Of a stretch of DNA of 64,000 nucleotides, positions 1 to 12,226 are shown piece by piece (position 1 is the first letter of the stretch; each line of letters starts with the position of its first letter). This DNA is from Azolla caroliniana (lineage: Eukaryota; Plantae; Polypodiophyta): the NCBI GenBank assembly GCA_043228905.1, contig JBHGNT010000022.1, positions 11,718,001 to 11,782,000 of the forward strand, in the 5' to 3' direction. The position numbers were made by a program, and so were the translations under genes. The notes under the pieces were generated by a model. It was given only the letters and a program-made list of their open reading frames with translations. It did not search any database and had not been told where the DNA came from.

Positions 1-3000
1 CTTGCTTCTATTGCGGCAAGCTGGGACACTTCGAGAAGAACTGTTGGCACTTCCGAAAAGACAAGGAAACCGACGGTACCGATTCGAAGCGGACACCGGA
101 CCGGAACGGTGAAGACCGGAGTGGAGCGGACCGGAAGGGAACAACGGCAATCACAGCAAGTGAAGAAGAGTTGATGCTCATCACCGAGGAGAGTGAGTTG
201 AACCTTGCCGGCGACGAGACAATGTGGGTTTTCGATTCCGGAGCGTCGTTCCACCTTACCCCGAACTGGAAATGCTTCTCATCCTACACAACCGGTGATC
301 ACGGTTGTGTCCGGATGGGGAATGAAGGTACATGCCGAATTGTCGGCATAGGAGACGTGTGGTTGACAACACCAATCGGATGCAAGCTGTTGTTGAAGGA
401 TGTCTGACACGTTCCAGAGGTTCGACTGAACCTGATATCATCCGGTCGGCTAGATGATGAAGGCTACACAGGTACCATCCGGAACGGAGTCATGAAATTC
501 AGCAAAGGGAGCCTGATAGTGGCTCGGGCACAGAAGGTCAACACATTGTACCTGATGAATGCACGGTTATGCCCAGGAGAAGTGAACGTGGCTTCCGACA
601 CTACCTGTGAGTTGTGGTACAAGAGACTGTGTCACATGAGCGTGAAGGGGATGAAGAGGCTTGCTGATGACAACCTCATTCCGGTGAAGAACATGCATCT
701 TGAGAGGTGCACCGACTGCCTAGCCGGTAAGCAAAACCAGACCTCCTTCTAATCAAGGCCATCGATGAGACGTAATGCACCATTGGAGTTGGTGCATACC
801 GATGTGTGTCAAGTGGACACGAAGTCCCATGCCGGAGCGCAATACTTTGTGATGTTCATAGATGACCACAGCAAGAGGCTGTGGGCCACACTGTTGAAGA
901 CGAAGGATCAGGTGTTATCCATCTTCAAGGAGCTCCACACAAGAGTGGAAAGAGAAACCGGACGGAAGCTGAAGGCGGTTCGAGCAGATAACGGAGGGGA
1001 ATACCGGGGGCAGTTCGAGGAGTATTGCCGCTCAAAGGGAATCCGGCTCGAATTTACCGTGTCGAAGATGCTGGAACTAAACGGGCTAGCCAAGAGGATG
1101 AACCGGACCATAATGGAGAGGGTCCGGAGTATGCTAGCACATGCTAAACTACCCAAGACGTTTTGGGCTGAGGCGCTGTCGACAACGACGTATGTGATAA
1201 ACAGATCACCCTCAGTGCCCTTGGATGGAGACACACTGCAAAAGGTGTGGACCGGTAAGGAAGTGTCCTACCGGCACTTGAAGGTGTTTGGGTGTCTCAC
1301 GTATGTGCATGTTGCTAAGGACCGGAGAGGAAAGTTGGATCCAAAGACCCGACCATGCATATTCCTCGGATACGGAGATGATGAGTTCGTCTACCGAGTG
1401 TGGGATCCGGTTGACAAGAAGGTTTTCCGGAGCCGAGATATTATCTTCATGGAGGACAAGACTCTTGCCAACTGGGAGTCGAAGATAATGAACTCTGATG
1501 AGATTCGAACTCACCCGGCTAAGAGCCGGTTGACACTCAAGGAACCAGCCGGTTACGGTGAGGATACCGAACCGGCAAAAGAAGAAGTAGAGGAAGTTGA
1601 AACCAGAACCGGCCAAGACCCCGAATCAGATTCGGATGAAGAACAAATAGAGGAGCCGGTTGTTGAAAGCCAAAGATGGAGATATCCTCTTAGAGAGAGA
1701 AGGGCCCCCCGGAGATTTTCGGATGCAGAGCATGTGCTACTGACCGATGAGGGGGAGTCAGAAAGCTTCGAAGAAGCAAAGGATGACACCCATAGCCGCA
1801 AGTGGTTGAGTGCTATGCAGGACGAGATGGATTCCCTACATGAGAACCACACGTATGAATTGGTGGAGTTGCCGAAAGGAAAGAGAGCACTCTGAAACAA
1901 GTGGGTGTACAAGTTGAAATCGGGAGATGCCGACAACCCTCCAAGGTACAAAGCCAGGATCGTGGTGAAGGGGTTCCAGCAGAAGAAGGGTGTGGACTTC
2001 GACAAGATATTTGCCCCGGTAGTAAAGATGACTTCCATCCGGACGGTGCTGAGCATAGTGGCAAGCATGGACCTCGAGGTAGAGCAGTTAGATGTGAAGA
2101 CGGCGTTCCTCCACGGAGACCTCGAAGAGGAGATCTACATGCAGCAACCGGAGGGATTTGTGAAGAAAGGGAAGGAGCACTTGGTTTGTTGGTTAAAAAA
2201 GAGCCTCTACAGGTTGAAGTAGGCTCCCTGGCAATGGTACCAGAAGTTCGACTCCTTCATGACCGATCAAGGGTACCACAAGACGTAGGCCGATCACTGC
2301 GTATTTGTGAAGAAGTTCGAAGGTGGAGACTTCCTGATACTCCTCTTGTACGTGGACGACATGTTGATCGTCAGATGAGACCAAGTCAAGATACGGATGT
2401 TGAAGAAGGCCCTGAACCGGACCTTCTCAATGAAAGACTTGGGTCCGGCAAGACAGATGATGGGGATGCATATCATCCGAGACCGGCCAACGAAGCAATT
2501 GTGGTTGTCACAGGAGAAGTACGTGACAAAGGTGCTTCAACGGTTCAACATGTCAGATACAAAACCGATCGGATCGACACTTCCGGCAAATTGGAGGTTA
2601 TCCAGTAAGCAAAGACCGAAGACGAAGGCAAAGAAGGCAGATATGATGAAGATACCATATGCCTCTGCCGTCGGGAGCCTAATGTACGCAATGGTGTGTA
2701 CCCGACCGGATATCGGATATGCAGTTGGAGTGGTGAGCCAGTTTATGAGCAATCCCGGCAAGGAGCACTGGAATGCGGTAAAATGGATACTCCAATACTT
2801 GAAAGGCACCTCAAGTATGTGTCTCTGATTTGGCTCCGGTAAACCCCAACTTGACGGTTTCACCGATTCATATATGTCGGCTGATGCGGATACCAGCCAG
2901 TCAACATCCGGATATGTCATGACATATGCGGGGGGAGCTGTTTCGTGGCAATCGAGGCTGCAGAAGACGGTTGCGTTGTCAACCACGAAAGCGGAGTCCA

Positions 3001-3341
3001 TAGCGGCTGTGGAAGCTGGCAAGGAAATACTATGGATGAAGAACTTCATTGAAGAGCTAGGGATCTGGCAAGAGGAATACCGGCAAGAGGAATACCGGCT
3101 CTATTGCGATAGTCAAAGTGCCATCCACCTTGCGAAGAACGCAGCGTATCATTCCAGGATGAAGCACATCCAGTGGAGGTACCACTGGATTCGGGAGCGA
3201 GTAGAAGACCAAGAGTTTGTGTTGTCGAAGATCCACACGGAGGAGAATGGGTCGGATATGCTGACCAAGGTGCTGACGCCCAACAAGCTAGACACATGCC
3301 GGAAGCGGATTGGATTGACGAGGCATTCCATGCCGGAGTGA
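1..3341 (+). pseudogene. copia gag-pol remnant of element A, multiple premature stops
   Basis: ORF pieces 171-407, 492-752, 765-1895, 1905-2222, 2397-2828 and 2874-3341 are in one frame, separated by point stops, and match the 48068-52144 polyprotein. Confidence 0.93.
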
Positions 3342-3351
3342 AGGGAGAGTT

Positions 3352-4737
3352 TGTTAGGATCTCGGTCCCTCCGGATGGGATACGAAGGCCCGGCATCGGA
3401 AGACCCGGTGAGAACCGGTGTCGTAGTGTGTCGCAAGATTCAAACCCTATACCTCCACGTAGACAAACCCCAACCTTACCATTGTACTAATTTATCTTTA
3501 GTGTTCTAAATATAGATTTAATACCTATAAGACCTTTATTTATGCCTACCTTTATTAAAAAGGTAAGTCATGCATTTTTTAGAGTGCGTGAATACTTTAT
3601 TTATAAGAAAAATGTAAACCAATAAAATATTACTCGTGCACATCTAGCAAGCATGAGCATTATATTTAGGAAATAAAAGCATAGTGTAAAAAGCAACTCA
3701 TGCACATTTAGTGTGCATGAACATTTTAGAAAAAGCATAGAGTCTATCTATAGAAAAAACATAGATTGTTAAGACTCTCCCATCACTATATAAGGATGAG
3801 GAGCACAATGTAATAGGGGTGAAAAATATTTGGAAATTGGATATATTTCCAAAAACACCAATTAATAAACTATAATCGTGGGATTCACGAAATAATCTAT
3901 ACTTGTGGGATTCACAAGTTCTTTTATCTATTTCTTTCAATCTAAATACATATTCTTATCTAAATATTGATTAATCGAATATAATACACTCGTGGGATTC
4001 ATGAGATTTCTATCTCTCTTTCTAATAATCTATCCATAACTATAAACTTGTCTCAAATTCACGATCTGGCGCCGAAAGGCACGACACCGGATGTGGAGTA
4101 CCCGGCAACGGAAGACCCAGTGAGAACCGGATGTGGAGTAGCCAGAACCGGATGATGCAAACCTGGTGAGAACCGGATGATGAGTACCCGGCAAGGAAGA
4201 ACCGGTGAGAACCGGATGATGCAGACCCGGTGAGAACCAGATGTTGCAGGCCTGGTGAGAACCTCTCACCGGATGAAGGGACATATATGTAGATATGTTT
4301 CTGAGAGCCCATTGGGGCTATATCTGTAAATAGTCCTAAAATGTCATATTAGTATAAATGTGACCTAGGGCAAATAGTGTGTATGATTATAGTTGTTGTT
4401 ATTATCTTTGTATAGTGTAATTGGTTCATCAACTGTACTAAGAGAGAGAGAGAGAGAGCGATACAGAGCATGTCTCTGTTGTAACCGCCGCCAGGCGAAG
4501 ATTGTGAGCAAGAGGTCGTTGCCTCTGTGCTCCGTGTTGTACTCCTTGACATAGTGATAGTTTGGAGTGTGTGGACTCCCGTGGTTTTTCCCTCTCAGGG
4601 TTTTCCACGTTAACATCCTGTGTATTCTCTTTTTGTTTGTGTACTTACCTCCATTCCCATTTCTTTTGTGTTTTGATTGTCATCAAGTGATCTACGCTTC
4701 GGTTGGGGCCAGAGATTATTCCGCATATTTCTCGTCA
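3352..4737 (+). repeat. 3' LTR of copia A with CCGG-rich U3 tandem repeats, interrupted by a 668-bp insert
   Basis: Start matches the intact family LTR (TGTTGGGATTTCGGTCCCTCCGGATGGGA). Repeated CCCGGTGAGAACCGGATGATG units at 4087-4275. Host RNase H codons resume at 4738. Confidence 0.85.
3419..4086. mobile_element. Non-autonomous TGT...ACA element with 4-bp CCGG TSD (Ginger-like DNA transposon or atypical solo LTR)
   Basis: Termini TGTCGT/ACGACA. CCGG at 3415-3418 and 4087-4090; removing the insert restores the LTR unit AGAACCGGATG. AT-rich, non-coding. Confidence 0.8.
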
Positions 4738-5439
4738 CTACCACTTTGTCCGCGAGGGTGTCTTCTCCGGTGAAGTCGAACTTTAGTATGTTCCGACAGA
4801 TCGATAGACCGCCGACATTTTCACCAAGCCCCTTGGTCTCGACAAGTTGCGGCAATTCTCGGGTGTGCTTGGGTTGCAGCACCTCGGTGTGCCTAACTTG
4901 AGGGGGAGAGAAGAAGTCTTGGAAGACAACGGAAGGGAGCAAGGAAGGAGGGGAAGAGACCGTGACGCCGAGTCGGATGACAAATCCGATTTCGGGTTGG
5001 CTGAAGAAGCCGAGGGCGGATCCGCGAAAGAGTTCGAAAGCGGACGTGAGGGTAGCAGTCGAAAGAAAGAGCTGAAGCCAGCCAAGTGTGGGGGAGATGA
5101 AGCCAACTCGGATGAGCGCGAAAACCGATCAGAGGAAGCCGATTCGGTTCGGATGTTTGATTCGGAGATGCCGAATGAACCGAGGTCCAAGCGGAAGAAA
5201 GGGCAGTCGAAGAGATGCCAACACCGCGATAGCAAGGGAATTGAGAAGGGCCGCACTAGCACAGACGCCAACCAGAAGGGTCAAGGCGCGCGGAATCGAA
5301 CAAGTCGAGGAGCGCGAACGAGGCGTGAAGCTAGAAGCAACTAGAGTGGTGATTCGGAAGAACCAGAAGAGCCTCAAGTTGAGCTTGAGGGGGAGTGTTG
5401 AGATATAAGCTCAACATTGGCCGGATCGGCTGTGCAAGC

Positions 5440-6272
5440 CCATGGTTGTTTACGTGCCCATATTTAACGTTTAAATACGTACAATACCTCATCATTTGTA
5501 TAGTACGTACTATACCTCAATGTTGTTCAGTCAAATATCATGTACATTTGTCCAATACAGTATTTAACGTATTTATAAAAGAACGGGTATAATACGTATT
5601 TATAAAAGAAATGTAAGTGAAACTCTAACAAAAAGCAAAAGAAAAAAAAGATTTTAGTGAAAAAGAAGCCAAAGGAAGAAAGAAAGAAGAATAGAAGAGA
5701 CGACGATGAAGAAGATGAAGAAGAAGAAGAAGAGAGAAAAGAAGACATAAACTTGTCCTGAGTGTGATAATCGCAGAAGATAGAAGATAGAAGAAGAAGA
5801 AGAAAAGAGAACCCTATCATGAGTGTGATAATCGTAGACGATTCCTCAATCTATGAAGGCATAATTGTAAATAATTACAATTTGAAGTAGAACATCATGA
5901 TACACATTTACATTGATTTATAGAATAAGGGAATGTCAACATCCATATTACTACAAGTACTTTAGGATGTGAAATGTTCAAATGTCTTATATGTATTTTA
6001 GGATGTAGAACTATATTGTACATCACAAAATTGTGTAAACATAAATGTTTTTTACAATATTATAGATATTTTTTAGAAAGGTAAATAATTTTCAAATTCT
6101 AGAAGTATTTAACGTACTATACATAAAATACGTATTTTACGTATTTTATAAGTATTTAACATATTAAGAAAATGTATTTAACGTATTTTTAAATTGGGAG
6201 GTACTATACGGGTATTAATATGTTAAATACATATGGTATCCGTACCGTACCTAACGTACCTAACAACCTTGG
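5440..6272. mobile_element. MITE-like non-autonomous DNA transposon (hAT-like) inserted in LTR of element C
   Basis: TIRs CCATGGTTGTT / AACAACCTTGG (10/11). Imperfect 8-bp flanks GTGCAAGC / CAGCAAGC. Many subterminal ACGTA motifs; AT-rich. Confidence 0.65.
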
Positions 6273-6516
6273 CAGCAAGCTGAGAACCGGATCGGTTGGG
6301 ACCAATCGGTTAGGCCGGACCGGTGCGTAAACCACGAGGCCGTTGGAAAGATATTTCGTGTAGGAATATATTTTAGGAGTTAGTGTAGAGCGCAGTTATG
6401 AGCATTGAAGTACGTGTCAGTACTTCTGTCAGTCCGTATGGACTTGTATAAAAGTGTTCACTGAGCACATTCTATGTACAGACTGAGTATTATTTTTTGA
6501 ATAGAGTTGTGTGTAT

Positions 6517-6519
<3 letters not shown>

Positions 6520-6592
<73 letters not shown>
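6520..6592. repeat. (CT)n microsatellite inside LTR C
   Basis: Uninterrupted CT run. Confidence 0.95.
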
Positions 6593-6594
<2 letters not shown>

Positions 6595-6682
6595 GCGTAT
6601 TGTGTATGTGTGTCCAAGCTCTCCATTAAACCTGTGTTTTCCTACGTTCTGCTTTCTGTTGCTTCCGCACGTTCTTTTCAGA

Positions 6683-8995
6683 CTTCCCAATCTCTCCAAG
6701 GGTGTCGTCGAATAAGACCGCATCCACGACACCGCTAATCTCATCATCGGAGCTAAGAGCTCTGCACGCCCTAAGACGCTCCTCGACCCTCTTCTTTTCC
6801 CAGTCGCCGACGCTAGTTATCGTACAACCTCCATTGTCGGAGAACCAAAATTTTCTTCCTATGGTACATGTGTGGGGTTTCTCCGGGGTGTTCGGACTAT
6901 CGCAACCCCACACCTTGATAGCCCTCTCTAAAAATCCCCTTGGCCATTGTTGCCAAGGGTCTCGCGGTTGCGCTCGTGGTTTGGTCGTATTGTAAAAAAT
7001 TGGACGTAGTGACACCCGTCCTGGCTCTTCACCCATACGTACGTTGAACCGTTATCCAACACCTTGGTCGCCATGCGGGCCGCCATAATGTATGGTTCGC
7101 CGAAAATCACCGGGTGCGAAGATGTCTCCTGCACGAAGAAGTGTTGATCTATCTCGACATCTCCAATTTTAACACGCACGTTCGGGCATGCTTTGTGTAG
7201 TTCCTTCGTAGCGCGCGTGACCGCGCGTATCTTCCATTCATGCTTGGTGTTGATCGGTCATTTCCCCTTTCTGTAGAAGTCCATTGACATCATGTTTATC
7301 TTGGAACTGTGGTCTATCAATGCCACCACCGGCTCCTGAACGTCCTCGATCCGGACAGGGGTCTCTGTAGTAGCTCCAACCCAATGTAACTTCGAATAGT
7401 GGTTCTCCACCAATTCATCCTCCAAGGCCGTGTCCTCTAAGTGCGTTGTCCACACTTCCACGGGCTTCTTTGGCTCCGTTGTGAGCCTTTTACGCTTCAC
7501 CAAGACCACGATGGAATCGTGGAACTCCTTCTTGGCGATTCCGAGTACTTCCCTCAACTACAGCTCCACCTTGCTCTCAAGGATCCGTTCCCCGAGGACC
7601 TTCCGCAAGTCTGTCGCCCTTTCTATTTCCGTGCTTAGCCAATAACCTGCCTGCTTTACCTTTTCCTGCGAGCCGGGCTTTACCTCTTCCACCGGATCGT
7701 CCCATCCTGTGACCTCCCGGACCTGCTTCTCCGCGCGGTCCGCTTCCTCCTTCCTTAGCCACACTCCGGAGAGGCCTTCTAGCACCAATGGCCAGAATCC
7801 AGAGTCCTTCGTCTTCTGGCCGCCATCGCTTCCGACCCGGATCCCAGCCGATGCCGAATAGTGGATGGCTTTGGCGTGCCGCGCCGCGACTTCTTCCATC
7901 AACCGCTTCATTCCACTACGCCCGGTATTCAACTCCAGAGCTTTCCGGGTTTCGCTCGCGTGCATCCGTCCATTCCAGAGGTACACTACATTGCTTCTGA
8001 GTGCCTCCGTAAACTCCGCGCAATCTCTTCTATTGTGGCCGACCGTGCCGCACCACATGCATCATTGTCCTGCCGGAGGCCTCCGGTCGCGTGTCTGTTC
8101 TCTAATGTCTCTCTTGGCGTTTGTGATTTGGAGATCGCGTATCATCTACGTTAGCTCTTCTAGAGCCGCTCCCCTGGATGGGCCCTTGATCACACCAGTC
8201 TGGGCTATGCCCGACTCAAGCCAACTTCGGGTCTCTTCCTTTCGCGCCGGCAACGACTCAAACTTCCTTGCCATTGTTGGTCCTGTTGTCGATGGACCTT
8301 CCTCGCTCCACTTGCGCCGCTTGTCGAAACGGCTACATACTCTTTTTACCACAGCTCAGTCGACCGTGAGCCCTTCATTCGTCTCCAGTAGGAGACCCAC
8401 CTGCTCCCGATCCTGCACGTCCACAGACTTGACGAATAACAGGACACGGCTCGTGTCGAGCACAGTCCTGTCCAACGCCGATAGTTGGGCAAAATGTTTC
8501 TCGAACTCTTGTAGGAGCACCGACGTGTTCCTCCCCTTTCCAAGGGTCTCAAACCATTCCATGAATTCCCATTTCGATAACCGAAGTGAGTCATCGAACC
8601 CATACCTCTCGAGGAGCCGTCCTTCGAACTCCTTCCAAGATTGACAACCAGCTTGTACCTTGAGCACCTCCGCATGGATGCTCGGCGTCACCACCCGAGG
8701 GAATCCCGACAGTCATCTGTCCTCCGCATGGATGCTCGGCACGGTAAGCCTCTAGATAACTCGCCGCATTCTTCCCTCCAAACCGGCCTATCGTGCCGAG
8801 GATTGTCTCAATAGCCCTGTCAAGAGCTTCCCACACGAACAAAGGCGTCCGACAAAAGAACTCTTGCAAAGAACACCAATACATAACGAGCGCTCGGTCC
8901 CCAGTCTAACAACACTCCATTCTCCCCAAAACGCGATCTCCCCTCTCGACCCTCTCTCCCGACCTTTATAGGTCCCCGAGGAAGGAGCCATCACA
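6683..8995 (-). mobile_element. Decayed Ty3/gypsy-like gag-protease fragment
   Basis: Frameshifted pieces: gag start (IGRFGGKNAASYLEAY), CCHC-type knuckle (..WCGTVGHNRRDC), aspartic protease (VVALIDHSSKINMM ... HPVIFGEPY). Cut at 6683 by the end of element C. 5' boundary uncertain. Confidence 0.7.
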
Positions 8996-9859
8996 TCTTG
9001 TAATTACATCATCTTTATTCTCTGTCGCTTCGGACAGAGATTCGTTTCGATTTGTTAATCTCTTTAATGTGTCTATATCAAAGTCTATCCACATCACGCC
9101 GACCTATTCTTAGACTATGTACAAATCATTTACAACTACATGCATCCGTGTATGTTGTGGTTCACGTGCTCAGGTCTTGGTTTATGCTCGTAGCCGGTTT
9201 TCCTCACGACAACGTTCTTCTCACTATTTGTTCGATTCATACTGGACTGATGACAAACAAAAAAGTTAGTTAAATATTTGGGGCTCTCCTAGGTAGTGTA
9301 AATTTGGTATAAAAGGGAGATGGGCAAACTCCCTTGTTAAGACATTTGTGAGGTGAAAGAAGTTATTGGGTAAGGTTCTACATGAGAAATTTGTTTTTTT
9401 GTGGATTTCTTTTTTTCCATGACAAAATATCATTCCATTAGTTATATAGAAAGGTCATAACAACTACAACATACAAAGTATTTGTGTAAGACAATGCCCG
9501 AGGAAACAAATCTATGTGCTCCAAAGTAGAGAAAACAGTTCAGTAATTACAGGCTATTCCATAAACACATTGCAAGGTATCCATATCCATAGACAACAAC
9601 AAAAGTAGTTGTATTCGAAAACGAGTCCTCTCAGGTCATAGTTTTGAACGATTTCAATACTTCTTCAACCTGCTCTTGTTCAACATAATCTTTATCCAAA
9701 AAACCGAATGCTACCACAAGCTTTCAAGGTAGATAACATTGTATTCCATGCTTGTATAGCTCGGATTTGACGGCGATGAACTACGTTGTTTGTTTTTTCA
9801 AGAGAACCACATTTCACATTCGTGACTGTACAATGTAGTTGTTACAGATGCAGTTAAAC

Positions 9860-10320
9860 AGGCCAAAGATACATTCTTGTCACTAGTTCAACCCACTATT
9901 TGTGTTGATAAAGCTATTGCTTTGGATGCAACATTCACAATGGAGGAGCTTTTGGAAGCTCAAAAGGACCTCGGGAAAGGCAATGTGTCTATTTGGGATG
10001 GTATTACATTAGAGTTCATTGCAGAATTTTGGGATGTCCTTAAGGATTTAATCCTATCTATGGCAAATAATGCTTGGAAACAATGGGATATGCCAATCTC
10101 ATGGAAAGAAGGTTTGGTCAAATTAATACCCAAAAAGAAACTATGTGAATCTTTTTTGGATTGACGACCAATCATTCTCATGCCAATGATCTATAGACTT
10201 ATTGCAAAGATAATTGCTAATCGTATTAAGAGGCATCCACGTAAACCAATACGGGTTCATTCCCAAAAGGCAAATTATAGATAATATTACTAATGCCTAT
10301 ATTGGAATGGAGTATGACTC
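9860..10320 (+). mobile_element. LINE reverse-transcriptase fragment
   Basis: DGITLEFIAEFW ... WKEGLVKLIPKK ... RPIILMPMIYRLIAKIIANRIK: non-LTR RT N-terminal motifs. Confidence 0.8.
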
Positions 10321-11499
10321 TTAGATTATTCCCCCCCTCATGACAATAATCCTCTTCCTCTTACACTAAATGGATGCTTTTACATGTGGCCATGTGGCAC
10401 ACCCCTAGAGATTCAAGCTTTTGAATGTGCGTTATATAAAAGCATGTGGGCCATGTGGCACACATGTAGAGAAGCTTTGCATGTGCCTTATATGGTACGC
10501 ATGCAATACATTACATTAAATCCCTAATAACAATAATACTAAGGAAACTTGAGTCTAGAATGTAAATCAATTCCAATGACTCAAATCAGGTGGATCTCCA
10601 AGGAGTGTTGGGTCATCGAACCAAGTCGGGATGCTTGGTTGTAGTTGAGGCAAGTGTGGAATCGCGGTAGCACCAGTTGGTCGCATCACTATACGACACT
10701 GGACCTTAGCTATCCGGTTGACTTGATAAGTCAATTCATGGCGCATCCGACCGTGGAGCACCTTCAGTGCGTGCAACGAATACTCAGGTATGTCAGCGGC
10801 ACTAAGGACTGGGGATTGTTGTATCGGACTGGTACTGTCGAACAATTGGTCGGCTATATGGATGTCGATTGGGCTGGAAATGCCGGCGAACACATATCAA
10901 CATCCGGATTCGCGTTTTCACTTTGAAGTGTCGCGATCATCTGGAGCCATAAGAAGCAGTCGACAGTTGAACTGTCGAACACGGAGGCCGAATATCGAGG
11001 AGCCGTTGTCGCGACGTGCGAAACCATATGGCTCAAAAGGCTATTGAAGGATCTACAAACGGAGGTGTCCGATCCAACAACGATCTACTGTGACAACCTC
11101 AGCATCATCCAACTTGTGAAGAACCCCATCTTCCACTCCCAGACGAAGCACATTGAGATGCACTATAATTTTGTCCGCGAGCAAGTCCTTTCTAGTGAAG
11201 TCGAACTAGTGTATGTTCCGACCTATCGGCAGACTGTCGATATCTTCACCAAACCCCTTGGCCTGGACAAGGTGGACAAATTTCGAGTTTGCTTGGTTTG
11301 TGACACCTCGACGTCCCGACCTTGAGGGGCAGAAGGAGTGTAAGAGAAGAGGAAGAAGAAGTCCAGAAATCTGAATCGGATGAGGAATTTGACTTTGGGA
11401 CGGCTGAAGAAGACAAGGACGGATATAGGGGGAGCGACAAAGGAACGAGCCGATCTTGAAGCCGACCGAACAAGGGGGGGGTAAAGCCAACAAGGGCAG

Positions 11500-11910
11500 G
11501 AAGGCCAGGACCAAGACATGGTCAGATGTGGTTAAGGGCCTTGAAGAAGATGAATCGGAGACAGCCGATTCGGAGGAGCCAAATCAACTGAAGGTCAAAC
11601 AGGGGTAAAGCCAAGAAGGCCAAGACCAAGACATGGGCATATGTGGTTAAGGACCTTGAAGAAGACGAATCGGAGACAACCGATTCAGAAGAGGTGTTCA
11701 ATTCGGATGAGATGAATCAACTGAAGGCCAAACGGGGGTAACGCCAAGAAGGACAGGATGGCCTAGACCAAGACATGGTCATATGTGGTTAAGGGCTTTA
11801 AAGAAGACGAATCGAAGACAACCGATTCGGAAGAGGTGTTCGATTCGGAGGAGTCGAATCAATTGAAGGCCAAATGGGGGTAAAGACAAGAAGGCCAGGA
11901 AGGCCAAGAG
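11500..11910 (+). repeat. Tandem ~115-143-bp units in the 3' tail of copia D
   Basis: ACCAAGACATGGTCA(G/T)ATGTGGTTAAGG-like motif recurs near 11510, 11625 and 11768. Confidence 0.85.
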
Positions 11911-12226
11911 CCAGATCGGTGTCCAGATGAAGAGCCGGATCAGTGTTCGGTAAGATGATCTGGATCGGAGAGCCGAACCCATATGCGAACTGGTAGGCCA
12001 TTGGAGTCCTACACTCCTAGTCTAGTAGGTAGTTATGGTTCTAGTAGTTAGTGTCAATAACTCGATACGAGCATTGAAGTACTTGTCAATCCTTTTACGG
12101 ACTTGTATAAAAAGTGCTCTAAACCACATTTGTATGTACAGAGTTTTACAGAGCTTTTGGAATTGAGATTATTGTCTTGCTCTCTATGTCTATGTCTCTC
12201 TCTCACTTACTCTGTGTATTCCATTC

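Larger units (their letters stand above)
1..4737 (+). mobile_element. Ty1/copia LTR retrotransposon A (Tnt1/Tork-like), decayed, 5' part outside window
   Basis: Fragmented gag-knuckle/PR (WVFDSGASFH)/IN (LELVHTDVC)/RT ([10 protein letters not shown])/RH to TGA at 3341. PPT AAGGGAGAG, then 3' LTR TGTTAGGAT (3352) ... CTCGTCA (4737). Colinear with the intact element at 47357-52876. Confidence 0.93.
4738..6682 (+). mobile_element. 3' end of Ty1/copia element C (RNase H end, charged tail, PPT, 3' LTR 5396-~6682)
   Basis: YHFVRE...ADIFTKPLGLDKLRQF. PPT TTGAGGGGGAG ends at 5395, then TGTTGAG. LTR body resembles the element E LTRs. Confidence 0.85.

Noticed and set aside
4067-4074. TGGCGCCG as a gypsy PBS
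   Set aside because: It lies inside the terminus of the 668-bp insert, not after an LTR CA end.
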